A stretch of 62,792 nt of DNA, the filler included. It is 4 parts of 4 records of this genome, joined end to end, with 100 filler letters (N's around TTAATTAATTAA, not from the genome) between each part and the next. Parts side by side here need not be neighbours in the genome. Positions count along the whole stretch, not along the records: positions 20,365 to 41,550 come from SRR20825006_2398; positions 41,651 to 55,729 come from SRR20825006_2403; 2 more parts are not named here. One strand, given 5' to 3'. The translations under genes were made by a program, and so were the position numbers. Numbering within the stretch: the stretch's first letter is position 1; each line of letters opens with the position of its first letter. Shown here piece after piece: positions 40,362-49,713 of the stretch. The notes beneath the pieces were generated by a model. It was not told the DNA's origin. It saw only the letters and a program-made list of their open reading frames with translations, and did no database searches.

Positions 40362-41485
40362 TGAGTTCAAAATTATATTCTAAACTATTCCTAGTAGGTC
40401 TTGCAATAGTCCTTGTAAGTTGTGGGAAGAAGGAAAAAGCGCAACAAGCAGCTCAGGCAATGCCTTATCCTACTGTAAAGATAGAAAGTAAAAAAATTAC
40501 TGGTTATAAAACTTATCCTACAAGTATAGAAGGGGTTATAAACAGTGGGGTTCGAGCAAAAATATCTGGTTATATAAAAGATGTTTTAGTAGACGAAGGA
40601 CAGCAAGTTAGCAAAGGGCAAGTTTTATTTCGTTTAGAAACAGAATCTTTAACTCAAGATGCTGGTGCTGCTCAAGCTAGTGTAAATGTAGCCCAAGTGG
40701 AGGTTGATAAATTAAAGCCACTAGTAGAAAAAGGAATTATTAGTGAAGTTCAATTAGAAACTGCCAAAGCTAATTTAGCACAAGCAAAGAGTAATTATAG
40801 CGCCATAAATGCTAATATAAATTATGCTACGGTTAAAAGTCCTGTTGATGGTTTTGTAGGGGCAATACCTTATAGAGAAGGAACTTTAGTAAGTCCGAGT
40901 GACCAAATACCGTTAACAACAGTTTCTGATATAAAAGAAGTATATGCTTATTTTTCAATGAATGAAGAGGATTACTTAGATTTTGTTCAGAATACAAAAG
41001 GAGATTCCCGTCAGGAAAAACTTGACAATTTTCCAGAAATCAATTTGGTTTTAGCTAATGGCGAATTGTATAAGCATAAAGGAAAAATTAAAACTGTAAC
41101 TGGGCAAGTAAACCAAAATACAGGTACAGTTAGCTTTAGAGCTACATTTCCTAATCCAGAAAGACTTTTAACAAATGGAAACAGTGGGGTAATACAAATC
41201 CCTACCGTTTATACAGATGTACCTGTTATTTCTCAAGAATCTACTTTTGAGCGTCAGGGGCAAACATTAGTTTTTCATGTAGGAAGTGATAATAAAGTAA
41301 AATCTGAAGTAATTAAAATTACAGACCACATAGAAAACTTATATGTAGTAGAATCTGGTGTTAAAATTGGAGATGTTATAGTGGCTAAAGGAGTGGATAA
41401 ACTTAGAGATGGAGCTGAAATTGTACCACAAGAAACGTCATTTGATAGTATAACAAAACCGATAAAAACATTATTTAGAAACTAA
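40361..41485 (+). CDS. RND efflux periplasmic adaptor (AcrA-like)
   Basis: Lipobox LVSC, RAKISGYI...VDEGQ, KSPVDG, TGTVSFRATFPNP. Confidence 0.93.
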   Translation: MSSKLYSKLFLVGLAIVLVSCGKKEKAQQAAQAMPYPTVKIESKKITGYKTYPTSIEGVINSGVRAKISGYIKDVLVDEGQQVSKGQVLFRLETESLTQDAGAAQASVNVAQVEVDKLKPLVEKGIISEVQLETAKANLAQAKSNYSAINANINYATVKSPVDGFVGAIPYREGTLVSPSDQIPLTTVSDIKEVYAYFSMNEEDYLDFVQNTKGDSRQEKLDNFPEINLVLANGELYKHKGKIKTVTGQVNQNTGTVSFRATFPNPERLLTNGNSGVIQIPTVYTDVPVISQESTFERQGQTLVFHVGSDNKVKSEVIKITDHIENLYVVESGVKIGDVIVAKGVDKLRDGAEIVPQETSFDSITKPIKTLFRN

Positions 41486-41508
41486 CAAAAAAGCTTAAAA
41501 AGTAAGTT

Positions 41509-41550
41509 ATGCTAAAAACATTTATAGAGAGACCTGTATTATCTACAGTA
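41509..41550 (+). CDS. RND efflux permease, N-terminal fragment
   Basis: MLKTFIERPVLSTV, an AcrB-type N-terminus truncated by the contig end. Confidence 0.85.
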
Positions 41551-41650
41551 NNNNNNNNNNNNNNNNNNNNNNNNNNNNNNNNNNNNNNNNNNNNTTAATT
41601 AATTAANNNNNNNNNNNNNNNNNNNNNNNNNNNNNNNNNNNNNNNNNNNN
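41551..41650. other. artificial contig-joining spacer
   Basis: N44-TTAATTAATTAA-N44. Confidence 0.99.
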
Positions 41651-41651
41651 G

Positions 41652-41816
41652 AGCGAGCGCGAGCGTGAAGCGCTCGCGCACGGCCGCGTGAGCCCCGCGC
41701 TCGAAGACCGCATCCGAAGGCACGCCTTCCACCACACCGTGATTCCATGCGCCCAGGCTTTGCTCGAGAAGCGAGGTTCGGGAGAAACCATCACCTGGCC
41801 AGGGCGAGTATCTTGA
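41652..41816 (+). CDS. 3' end of a truncated hypothetical gene
   Basis: Open frame SEREREALAHG...ITWPGRVS* whose TGA overlaps the TTG start of the next gene. Confidence 0.45.
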   Translation, partial: SEREREALAHGRVSPALEDRIRRHAFHHTVIPCAQALLEKRGSGETITWPGRVS

Positions 41817-42571
41817 GCCACGAGCAAGAATTCGGAGAGTTGCGCAGCGTCCTCCAGAAGACCCCGAGCCTTCGGGCCTGGTACAAGGTCTGTAGGATCC
41901 TCGAGCGCTGGCCCGAGGAGGGCCTGCGCGAGATCGCGCTCCCCTACTTCAAGGCCAACATCGCCCACTCGGAGTGGGCGAGCGCGCGGCGTCCGGCGCC
42001 GATGCGCTGGGCGCAAGAGTGGCTCGATGGGCAAAAGCACGCGTACTTCGATCTTATTGACGGGTTTCATCTGGATAGCGTCGAGCTCGACGCTCGCCAG
42101 CTCGCCAGGCTCGTCGCGAGCCCGATCACACAAGAGCTCGTCTCGCTATCACTGATCGACGCCAAGCTCTCGAACTCGGCGCTCGACATCCTCTTCTCTG
42201 CGCACTTTCCGAATTTGCTGTCGCTCGATCTCTCGAAGAACAACCTCTCGGGTTTCATGGGAGCGCTCGCAAAGAGCTCGTTTCAAGGGCAGCTCGACCA
42301 GCTCTCCATGCGCGAGGGGTTGCTCGATAACGAAGACATGCACTTCCTGCTCGAGGCGACCTTTGACAACCTCGAGCTGCTCGATCTGCGCTCGAACCAC
42401 CTGGGCGAAGCTGCCATGGCCAAGCTGGCCGAGACCTCGAACTTGCCCATGCTTCGCGCGCTCGGGATCTCGGACAACGCGCACATCCCCGAGACCTGTG
42501 ACATGAGCGCGCTGAATAACATTCGCCACTCTCACTTCCCCGCCGCGCCCGATGACTTCGAGCTCTATTGA
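41813..42571 (+). CDS. LRR protein with N-terminal FGELRS domain
   Basis: MSHEQEFGELRSVLQ...LPYF...W; ribonuclease-inhibitor-like LRRs (LLSLDLSKNNL, LELLDLRSNHL). Confidence 0.75.
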   Translation: MSHEQEFGELRSVLQKTPSLRAWYKVCRILERWPEEGLREIALPYFKANIAHSEWASARRPAPMRWAQEWLDGQKHAYFDLIDGFHLDSVELDARQLARLVASPITQELVSLSLIDAKLSNSALDILFSAHFPNLLSLDLSKNNLSGFMGALAKSSFQGQLDQLSMREGLLDNEDMHFLLEATFDNLELLDLRSNHLGEAAMAKLAETSNLPMLRALGISDNAHIPETCDMSALNNIRHSHFPAAPDDFELY

Positions 42572-42583
42572 GCAAGAATAAGC

Positions 42584-42611
42584 GACGCCCCTGGGTGGAG
42601 CCAGGGGCGTC
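42584..42611. terminator. GC hairpin / probable terminator
   Basis: GACGCCCCTGG-gtggag-CCAGGGGCGTC. Confidence 0.6.
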
Positions 42612-42801
42612 ACGAGCGCTGTTCACGGGATTATCAGCGCTGTTCCCGAGCGATGATGGGTGTATTCACCGCCCGACCACATCCCTCGGGTGAAGGGATG
42701 ATCTCTATAACTCATGCCGAGGAAACTCCTCGCGAAGAGCACGTCACGTCCTCGTGACGTTCTTCAAATCTATTTTCGGCCAAACTTGCCAAAACCTTTC
42801 G

Positions 42802-45048
42802 TCAATCCTTGAGTTTGTTCAAGAAAAGTTGGTAGTGCACGGCGACCTGGAGCGGGCTGCGAAGTTCACACCGCGATTGACGGCACTGCTCCTGGACCGA
42901 GTCGGGACAATCGGAGTCTGTCTGGCACATCTGCCCGCTCGGGAGCCTCGGTCGGTAGCTACCGAAGAACGCGAGCGAGTTATTCCTGGGGAAGTAGTCG
43001 AAGCCATCCGAGCGACTGCGGGGAACCCAGACCTCCGAGACGCCGTCATCCCCAGCCTGATAAACGCGCAGGGTCGAGGAGATCGGCGTCTCGGTCAGGC
43101 GATAGCCAGACGATTGACCGGCGGTCTCCTCGATGATCGTGACGATGGTTTGCGTCAAATCCGCCGAGCAAAGCAGGGCGGATGCGCCCCCCGTCGAGAG
43201 CGCGACATCGCGATACTCGAAGCCATCCTCGAGCCCACAGTTGGGACCACCGTTGATGGAGTACATCAACACGTCATTGGCTTGGAAGAAGGCCATATAG
43301 TCATTCATGAGCGAGGTTGGCGTCTGGGTCGGACCACCTGGCACGCTGCTGCTCTTTAGCGACTGAGGACGCTCGTCGGTCATGATCACGTTGGCGAGCA
43401 AGGCGTTGGGACGAATCCTCTCGCTCGGAGGCGCCGCCGCGCTCTTCATGTAGCGAATCCCTTCCTGGGCAGCGTACAGGCCGTACTCCTGCGAGGCAGA
43501 ACACCCCGGAACGTTCGTCGTGCAATCGATCACGTAGTACTCGATCTCGTTGCTGAACGTGGTCGGATCGGTATGCCACCCGACCGAGGCGCGAAGGCGT
43601 CCCTTGACGTCTCCATCCATGTTGGTCACGCCCAACCTGAAGTCGACGCCAGTGTTGGCGACGAGGGTGTAGAAATCGTCCGAGAAGTTACGGATTGTGG
43701 TGTTGAAGGTATCCATCGAGCCCGACTGATCGAGCACCCAGTAGTAGTCGACCGCGGGCGTCGAGGTGTCGATCGGGAACGGGTAGCACTCGGAGCGGTT
43801 GCCCGCGTTCGAGCGCGCGATGCTCGTGGTGTTGGTCAGGTCATCGAGGCGAAACTTCACCGTGTCGCGGGATTCATAGAGTGATTCGGGCGCCACGGCC
43901 ACGAGCGTCATCATGCGATCGGCGCGCTCGATCGTGGTGATCTTGACGATGAATTTGTTGTGCGCGTTGCCCGAACTGAGCGGCAACCCGACAGCATCGG
44001 CGCGTGCGAACGGCGCGAAGGCAAACAGCAGATCATCGCGCAGCTTGCGCGTCGTGCTGCCTGTCGCGGTCACGCGATATTCACCAGGGGCGGCGCGGAA
44101 ATGGTCATGCGTGTCAAACTCGCCCTGGGTGAAGTTCTGCGTGACGCTCGCCACGGTCGGGAGCTTACCCTCGTGGGATGCCAGCGTCTGGAGCGCGTCG
44201 AGCCCGGAAAGAGGCGCGCTGAAGACAAACCCTGCGACCTCGTTGGTCGGGTCGTCATAAACCGCGCTCGCGGTCGGCGGCGTCACGTTGGTGATCGTGA
44301 GCTCGCTATAGTTCGAGAGCCCTTGCGAGAGCGCCAAGTTCCAATCACCCGAGGCGCTCTTGAAGTAAGCGACAGGTTCGGTCTCGGGGCCGGTTTCGGC
44401 GCGCGAGCAAGCCGTGGCGATAAAGCGATCGCCATCGAGCACCATATCTCCGAGCGTCGAGGGGTTGTTTGGATCAAACCCGAAGCGGTTCTCGTCCTCA
44501 TCGCTCAACCCATCTCCATCCGTGTCGGGATCGAGCGGATCGGTGCCGAGTTGGAGCTCCTCGTAATCGGTCAACCTGTCGCCATCGGTGTCATTATTAT
44601 ACGGATCGGAGCCGACGATCGCCTCGTCACAATCATCGATGCCGTCGTTGTCACTGTCGACGCTGCAATCAGGGCCGGTGTCTGGCTCGTCCTCCATGTC
44701 AGGCATATCAGGCGCCTGCGACATGTCTGGCATGTCGACCTCGTCTGGGAGGTCCGGCTGTTCAGGCATATCCGGCGTCGTATCCGGCATATCGGGAGGA
44801 TCGATTTGTCCCTGATCCTCATCCATGTCTGGCACCGGACCGAGGTCCGCCCCGTCAGCGTCCGGGTTGTCGATCACCCAGCGACCTTGGTCCGTGCCAT
44901 TCATGGAAGGGTCGACCCCTTCATCAGGGTCGGCGCATGCCCCCAACACGAGCGGCGTGAGTAATACGCAAGACAACAGGCCTCGCCGCAATAGGTCAGT
45001 AAGGTGTTGGGGGTGTATCTCGTTAAATTTTCGTCGTGCTCCAGGCAT
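42802..45048 (-). CDS. CglD-like vWA lipoprotein with DxDxDG calcium-binding repeats
   Basis: Lipobox LGAC, PDM-rich linker, three DxDxDGxxDxxE repeats, MIDAS LDQSGSM, C-terminal PISSTL...VPRSRSDGFDY. Confidence 0.75.
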   Translation of the reverse strand: MPGARRKFNEIHPQHLTDLLRRGLLSCVLLTPLVLGACADPDEGVDPSMNGTDQGRWVIDNPDADGADLGPVPDMDEDQGQIDPPDMPDTTPDMPEQPDLPDEVDMPDMSQAPDMPDMEDEPDTGPDCSVDSDNDGIDDCDEAIVGSDPYNNDTDGDRLTDYEELQLGTDPLDPDTDGDGLSDEDENRFGFDPNNPSTLGDMVLDGDRFIATACSRAETGPETEPVAYFKSASGDWNLALSQGLSNYSELTITNVTPPTASAVYDDPTNEVAGFVFSAPLSGLDALQTLASHEGKLPTVASVTQNFTQGEFDTHDHFRAAPGEYRVTATGSTTRKLRDDLLFAFAPFARADAVGLPLSSGNAHNKFIVKITTIERADRMMTLVAVAPESLYESRDTVKFRLDDLTNTTSIARSNAGNRSECYPFPIDTSTPAVDYYWVLDQSGSMDTFNTTIRNFSDDFYTLVANTGVDFRLGVTNMDGDVKGRLRASVGWHTDPTTFSNEIEYYVIDCTTNVPGCSASQEYGLYAAQEGIRYMKSAAAPPSERIRPNALLANVIMTDERPQSLKSSSVPGGPTQTPTSLMNDYMAFFQANDVLMYSINGGPNCGLEDGFEYRDVALSTGGASALLCSADLTQTIVTIIEETAGQSSGYRLTETPISSTLRVYQAGDDGVSEVWVPRSRSDGFDYFPRNNSLAFFGSYRPRLPSGQMCQTDSDCPDSVQEQCRQSRCELRSPLQVAVHYQLFLNKLKD

Positions 45049-45182
45049 AAGGCTCCCCTGTTCGCCCCGATCTTCTCGATCGCGGCGTCATCAGTCAGCG
45101 CTCTTCAGGCACCGGTTTTCAGTGTAAGTCGTACAAACGCCTCGGTTTAAAAGGCGCCATTTTCAAAACTCAGCTCATGGCA

Positions 45183-47231
45183 TCATCGCTCCTCGTAGCG
45201 TACCTGGATCGTCATCCCTGGCCGGTCTCGCCAGGAGCCGTGGAAGACGATCGTCTGGTAGATGCCATCGTATTCATATCCATCCACGCGGCTGCGTGGG
45301 ACAGGTTCTCCATCCTTGTAAACTTTGAGGCTCGCAGGGATCGGTCGCGAAGGGAGCACGAAGGCGCTCTCGGCGCGAGCTCCTGCGCGAACGATCTCTT
45401 CGAAGACGCCCGCCATGTCCTCATCGCAACGCGACGCGATCATGCCACCTGTGGACGCCGCGAGGTGCTTGTAAGAAGCCGTGTTCTCCTCGCCGCACGA
45501 GACGCCATCGCCCCCGATCACGACCAGGTGCTCGTCGGCCGCGAGCGCGCTCGCCCACTGGCGCTCGAGCAGCTCGCGCTGCTTTGGCGAGTGCGCGCAG
45601 GAGCCCGAGATGACTTGCTGCACACCGCATGCTTCTCCCGTGAACGCAGGGGCTTCCCTGTCGACCACGAGGATGTTCTGCAAGCGCACGCCTGAGCGCG
45701 TGTGAAGTGTTGCGTCCTGAGCATCACCACGGAGCAAACGCGAGTTTTCGACCAGAGCTGCGAGCGGATCGGGAGAGAGCGCGACGCGCTCTCCGCTGCG
45801 CAACGCATTGAGCTCCGCTGCGTGTGTACCTCGATCGTGGAACCACCCGAGACCACCCATGAAGCTCTCGAAACCAGGTTGTGCGGTAGTGACGATGGCG
45901 CGCACGGGGAGGTCGAGGACCTCGACGAGGTTCCAGTAAGCAGCGCTCCCGGCGAGCAGGCGCTCGAGGTCAGACTGACCGCTGGCGCTCAACGCATCCA
46001 CACCGACCAACCACTGCGTATCCAACGCCAGCGATCCCTGCACGCCGACAAGCGCGTCACACTGCACCAGCGGCGAGCTATCCAGCCGCGGCAGAATACT
46101 CGTGGGCGCGATGGCATCCTCGAGCGCCCTTTCGTTGTTCGCGTGGAAGCTCTCGGGTTGGAGCGCGATAAGATAAACCACCTCATCGCCGATATGCGTC
46201 GCGCTCGCGCGGACCTGCCAGCGCCGCGAAGAGAGCGAAGGGACACCATCGATCTCGACATCTTGCGAGGGCATCAACTGCGCGAGCCAGCGCTCGCGCA
46301 GTTGGGAGGAGGTCAACGCCGAGGGGAGCTCTAGCACTGCGCTCGTGAGCGCCGAGACGCGCCCGGCGACCGGCTCGAACTCACCGCGCGTGATGTGGCG
46401 GCGCACCGTACCGAGATCGCTCAAACCAGCGATCGCGTCGTGGGCGCTCTCCATCGCTCGAGTGCGCATCGCCGTGCGCGAAAGCGCGGCGATGAACACC
46501 TGCTCGCTCCCTCCGATATGCCAGGTCGAGAGCGTGTTCGCGGGTGCGACGAGCAGGTGCTCTTTAAACCTCTCGCTCACCGCGGGGACAGCGAGCGTCC
46601 AGCTACCATAACCGCTCTCGACGCGCTCGAGTTCGAAGGCAGGCTCCGGGTCACAGACGCCGCGCATCGGCGTGTGCCCATCCTTATCTTTCGAGGGATC
46701 TGATGGTCCCTGGATCGGATCGCGCGGGTCTTCGACAGGATCAGCGGGGTTGGGACCCGTGGGGTCGGTCGGAGGATCGGTCTTGGGGATGCCAGGGATC
46801 TCTTGCTCGAGATCGATGATCGGCGAGGCGCCGCGCTCCGAGATATCAGGGCTCGGCGCGACGCAGGAACCCTCCACGCAGGTGTGGTCAGCCCCCCAGC
46901 CGTCGCAGTCCTCGTCGATCACACATCCCATCGTGCAGACGCCGGAGTTTGGCGACGCGCCGCGACCTTCATCACAGCTCGCGGCCATGCCGCTCGGCGC
47001 GCAGACAGCTTCAGGGTCGAGGTCGCCGCATTGAGAGGTCGCATCACAGCGAAGCGTACAGTGATTGCACAGGCAAGAGAGCTCGCCAGGACAATCCGCA
47101 TCTTGCTGACACTCGAGCTTGGCCCAGTGTGTCTCGCTGTCGCCGGTAGGGTGGATGACGCACCCGCTCGCGAGCACCAAAAGTGCCGCGAATGTCATCC
47201 TCCCCATTTTATCGAAACAACCCCACTGCAT
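45183..47231 (-). CDS. Cys-rich lipoprotein, degenerate-vWA paralog of the CglD-like protein
   Basis: Lipobox LASGC, SETHW + Cys-rich domain, Pro-rich linker, C-terminal PIPASL...VPRSRVDGYEY; no DxSxS motif. Confidence 0.7.
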   Translation of the reverse strand: MQWGCFDKMGRMTFAALLVLASGCVIHPTGDSETHWAKLECQQDADCPGELSCLCNHCTLRCDATSQCGDLDPEAVCAPSGMAASCDEGRGASPNSGVCTMGCVIDEDCDGWGADHTCVEGSCVAPSPDISERGASPIIDLEQEIPGIPKTDPPTDPTGPNPADPVEDPRDPIQGPSDPSKDKDGHTPMRGVCDPEPAFELERVESGYGSWTLAVPAVSERFKEHLLVAPANTLSTWHIGGSEQVFIAALSRTAMRTRAMESAHDAIAGLSDLGTVRRHITRGEFEPVAGRVSALTSAVLELPSALTSSQLRERWLAQLMPSQDVEIDGVPSLSSRRWQVRASATHIGDEVVYLIALQPESFHANNERALEDAIAPTSILPRLDSSPLVQCDALVGVQGSLALDTQWLVGVDALSASGQSDLERLLAGSAAYWNLVEVLDLPVRAIVTTAQPGFESFMGGLGWFHDRGTHAAELNALRSGERVALSPDPLAALVENSRLLRGDAQDATLHTRSGVRLQNILVVDREAPAFTGEACGVQQVISGSCAHSPKQRELLERQWASALAADEHLVVIGGDGVSCGEENTASYKHLAASTGGMIASRCDEDMAGVFEEIVRAGARAESAFVLPSRPIPASLKVYKDGEPVPRSRVDGYEYDGIYQTIVFHGSWRDRPGMTIQVRYEER

Positions 47232-47369
47232 CCTCTCGGCTCCTCTTCCTGTGTCGAGCTTTGTTGTCCTGGCGGCCCCCCGCCACGGCAACAAGGCCCT
47301 TCGTCCTCATCAATGCTCTCTTCATGGCGTGGACCCATTTCCCGTGAGATCCACGCGCCCGAAAGAGCG

Positions 47370-48407
47370 CTATACGTCTTCTTGCTCTCGCTCGGTCTCG
47401 ATCACGACCGACTGGCCGCAATAAAAGTTCACTTCATAGCTCGACGTGGATATCTGCCTCGAGCGTTGTTGTTGATTGTAAGCCGTCACGTCCGCGCGAA
47501 GCTCGGAGACCTGCTCGCGCATCGACTTGAGCAACCCGAGGACGCGCTTTTCGTAAGGGTGGCCATCCCACACGTCGAACGAGTAGGTGCTCCCGCCGAG
47601 CACATCTGCTGGCAGCGTCCCGAGGCGCCCCTCGCGCAACTTGACGCACACGGCGCGAACCATCGCCTGGAAGTGATCGAACAGCGCGGCCTCCCAGCCT
47701 GCCGGATCGCTCATCGGGATGATGCACGCCTCGCAGTGATAGACGGTCTCGCGCGTTTGCTCGTCATCATCCTCACCGACGAGGACCTCCTCCTCGTAGA
47801 TGCGCCCTTCGGACAGCAAGGCCGAGAGCGCCTTGTCGACGCGCTCGGGAGGGATCGAGGTCTGGTCGATAAGATCCTGACGCGAGACCGGCGAGAGGCG
47901 GTAGAGCATGATCCAGACAAGCGCGGTGGCGCTGGCCACGTCGTCATGCTCGAGCACGCGCAGGAGATCCTCGTCTTCGGCTGGCCTGTAATACGCCGAG
48001 GTTCCTCGGCCCGTGCGAAACACGAGGCTCGAGTCCACCAGGTCGCGCAGGATGCCGCGCACGGTTTGCTCGCTGTCATTGTAGAAGCGCCCGAGGATCT
48101 CTCCTTGAGTCGCGCCGTCCTTTTCGCGGATGAACTCGAAGACCGCCTCCCAGAGCGAGCCCTGTTCGTCGGTCTCGCTCTCCATCAAGCGCTGGACCTT
48201 GAGTTGGTAGGAACGCAACGCCAACCCGAACATGTCCGCGGCCACCTTCTTGCCGACCCCCTGCGCCTCGAGCTCCTTGGAGAGCTCGAGGAAGACCTGA
48301 TTGGCCACGTGCGCGAGCGGCGCGCGCAGACCCGCGGTGGTCGCGAGCTGCGCGATCAACACCGTCGTCTGACGGATAATCGCGTCGATGAGGGCCTTGG
48401 TGTTCAC
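47370..48407 (-). CDS. uncharacterised helix-turn-helix protein (putative regulator)
   Basis: GVGKKVAADMFGLALRSYQ HTH-like segment plus two winged-helix-like segments; GTG start with RBS AAGGAG. Confidence 0.7.
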   Translation of the reverse strand: MNTKALIDAIIRQTTVLIAQLATTAGLRAPLAHVANQVFLELSKELEAQGVGKKVAADMFGLALRSYQLKVQRLMESETDEQGSLWEAVFEFIREKDGATQGEILGRFYNDSEQTVRGILRDLVDSSLVFRTGRGTSAYYRPAEDEDLLRVLEHDDVASATALVWIMLYRLSPVSRQDLIDQTSIPPERVDKALSALLSEGRIYEEEVLVGEDDDEQTRETVYHCEACIIPMSDPAGWEAALFDHFQAMVRAVCVKLREGRLGTLPADVLGGSTYSFDVWDGHPYEKRVLGLLKSMREQVSELRADVTAYNQQQRSRQISTSSYEVNFYCGQSVVIETEREQEDV

Positions 48408-48584
48408 GTCTTCAAAAGCTCCTTTCGGAGGAGGCGCTCCCTGTCCTGAAGCGGCGGATAAATCGTTCCTATTGGACAGCTTAAGGGGCTAGAGAGTCAA
48501 AGATAGCGAAAAAAATTTCACCCCCTAAAGCGAGAGCCCCAAAACAAGACAAAAACACAACAAAAACAAACCCTTAAGCCAGAA

Positions 48585-49616
48585 TCACCCCTTCAGTTGA
48601 AAGCGCGATCCTTCAGGAAAAGCCTCGAATATCGTCTGGCTGAGCGTGCTCAGGATGACCTGACCGCCGAGCTCGGCCTGCCAATCGTGGAGCAATCCGA
48701 CCAGAAGCTCCTGCCAGTGGGTGTGCATATGGAGCTCGGGCTCATCGATCAAAATCAATGACCCCGGATACCACCAGCGCCGCAGCTCGGCCGAGAAGAT
48801 CAACATCTGCTTCTCGCCGCTGCTCAACCCCGCGAGGCTGTGGAAGCGCTCCTGCTCTCGAAGCAGGACAAACAACTCGCCGCCGCGCCATACGAGCGTC
48901 TTTCGCCCCTGCGTGACGCGCTCGAAGGCCGATACGTAGCGCTCGAAGTGCACGGCGTCCTCGGGGCGCCCCTCCTCTCTGGCGTTGAGATCCTCCCACC
49001 TGGCCGCGTAAAGCTGCGCCTCGAGCGAATCCCTCCACGCCTTGGGCGCGCTCCAGTGATGGAAGAAAGGGCGCGCCACGTCAGGCTTTCCTGCGTAGCG
49101 ATACGCGGTCGAGGGGATCTCGAAGGCGCGCTGGCTCGGAAAGTAGACCACCGAGGGGAGCGCGATTTGTTCGTTCTTTGTGGGGAAGGCGCGGCGCACC
49201 TCGCGCACCCAGTCGCTCTGATCGACGACGTTGTGACGCGGACGCTCCGATTCGGCGATCACGCCATAGGAGGGTCGCGTCTTGTGAAGCTGGAGGTACT
49301 CGGTCGAGCCGATCACAAAGCACACCGTCTCCATGCCGCCCGGCTCTCCCGCCACGCGAAACTCCACCCAGGAGTCGCGAAGCGGACACAGATCGCCAGG
49401 CCACATCCTCGACGCCATGCAGCTCGCGGCGTTGGCGATGAACTCGAGCAAGGTGGTCTTGCCGCTGCCGTTGGGTCCGCTGATGACCATCAAATCGGGG
49501 AGCTGCGCGCCAGGGCTCAGCGGCCAATCCACAGCCTCGAGCGCCCTCAAACCCTGGATACTGAGCGCGGTAGCCTTGATTTTAGGAGTCGTTTGCAATC
49601 GAGCCCTCGGTGGCAA
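48585..49616 (-). CDS. ABC-superfamily AAA ATPase (AAA_21/AAA_15-like)
   Basis: Walker A GPNGSGKT, signature LSSGEKQ, Walker B/D-loop LIDEPELHMH. Confidence 0.88.
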   Translation of the reverse strand: MPPRARLQTTPKIKATALSIQGLRALEAVDWPLSPGAQLPDLMVISGPNGSGKTTLLEFIANAASCMASRMWPGDLCPLRDSWVEFRVAGEPGGMETVCFVIGSTEYLQLHKTRPSYGVIAESERPRHNVVDQSDWVREVRRAFPTKNEQIALPSVVYFPSQRAFEIPSTAYRYAGKPDVARPFFHHWSAPKAWRDSLEAQLYAARWEDLNAREEGRPEDAVHFERYVSAFERVTQGRKTLVWRGGELFVLLREQERFHSLAGLSSGEKQMLIFSAELRRWWYPGSLILIDEPELHMHTHWQELLVGLLHDWQAELGGQVILSTLSQTIFEAFPEGSRFQLKG

Positions 49617-49713
49617 AGTTAGATCTGAACCGTATAAAACTCCGTGGGTAGAGTACCACTATCCTACCCTGCTGGCATACCGGCGCCCGACGCTTCACGC
49701 GAACGAGTGAGAC

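Noticed and set aside
20365-41550. AT-rich block as a genomic island or horizontal transfer
   Set aside because: Separate contig bounded by spacers and carrying core Bacteroidota genes and promoters
48479-48579. 9-bp inverted repeat GCTTAAGGG/CCCTTAAGC and an AAAATTTCA motif shared with about 55678
   Set aside because: Too short to distinguish from chance without comparative data
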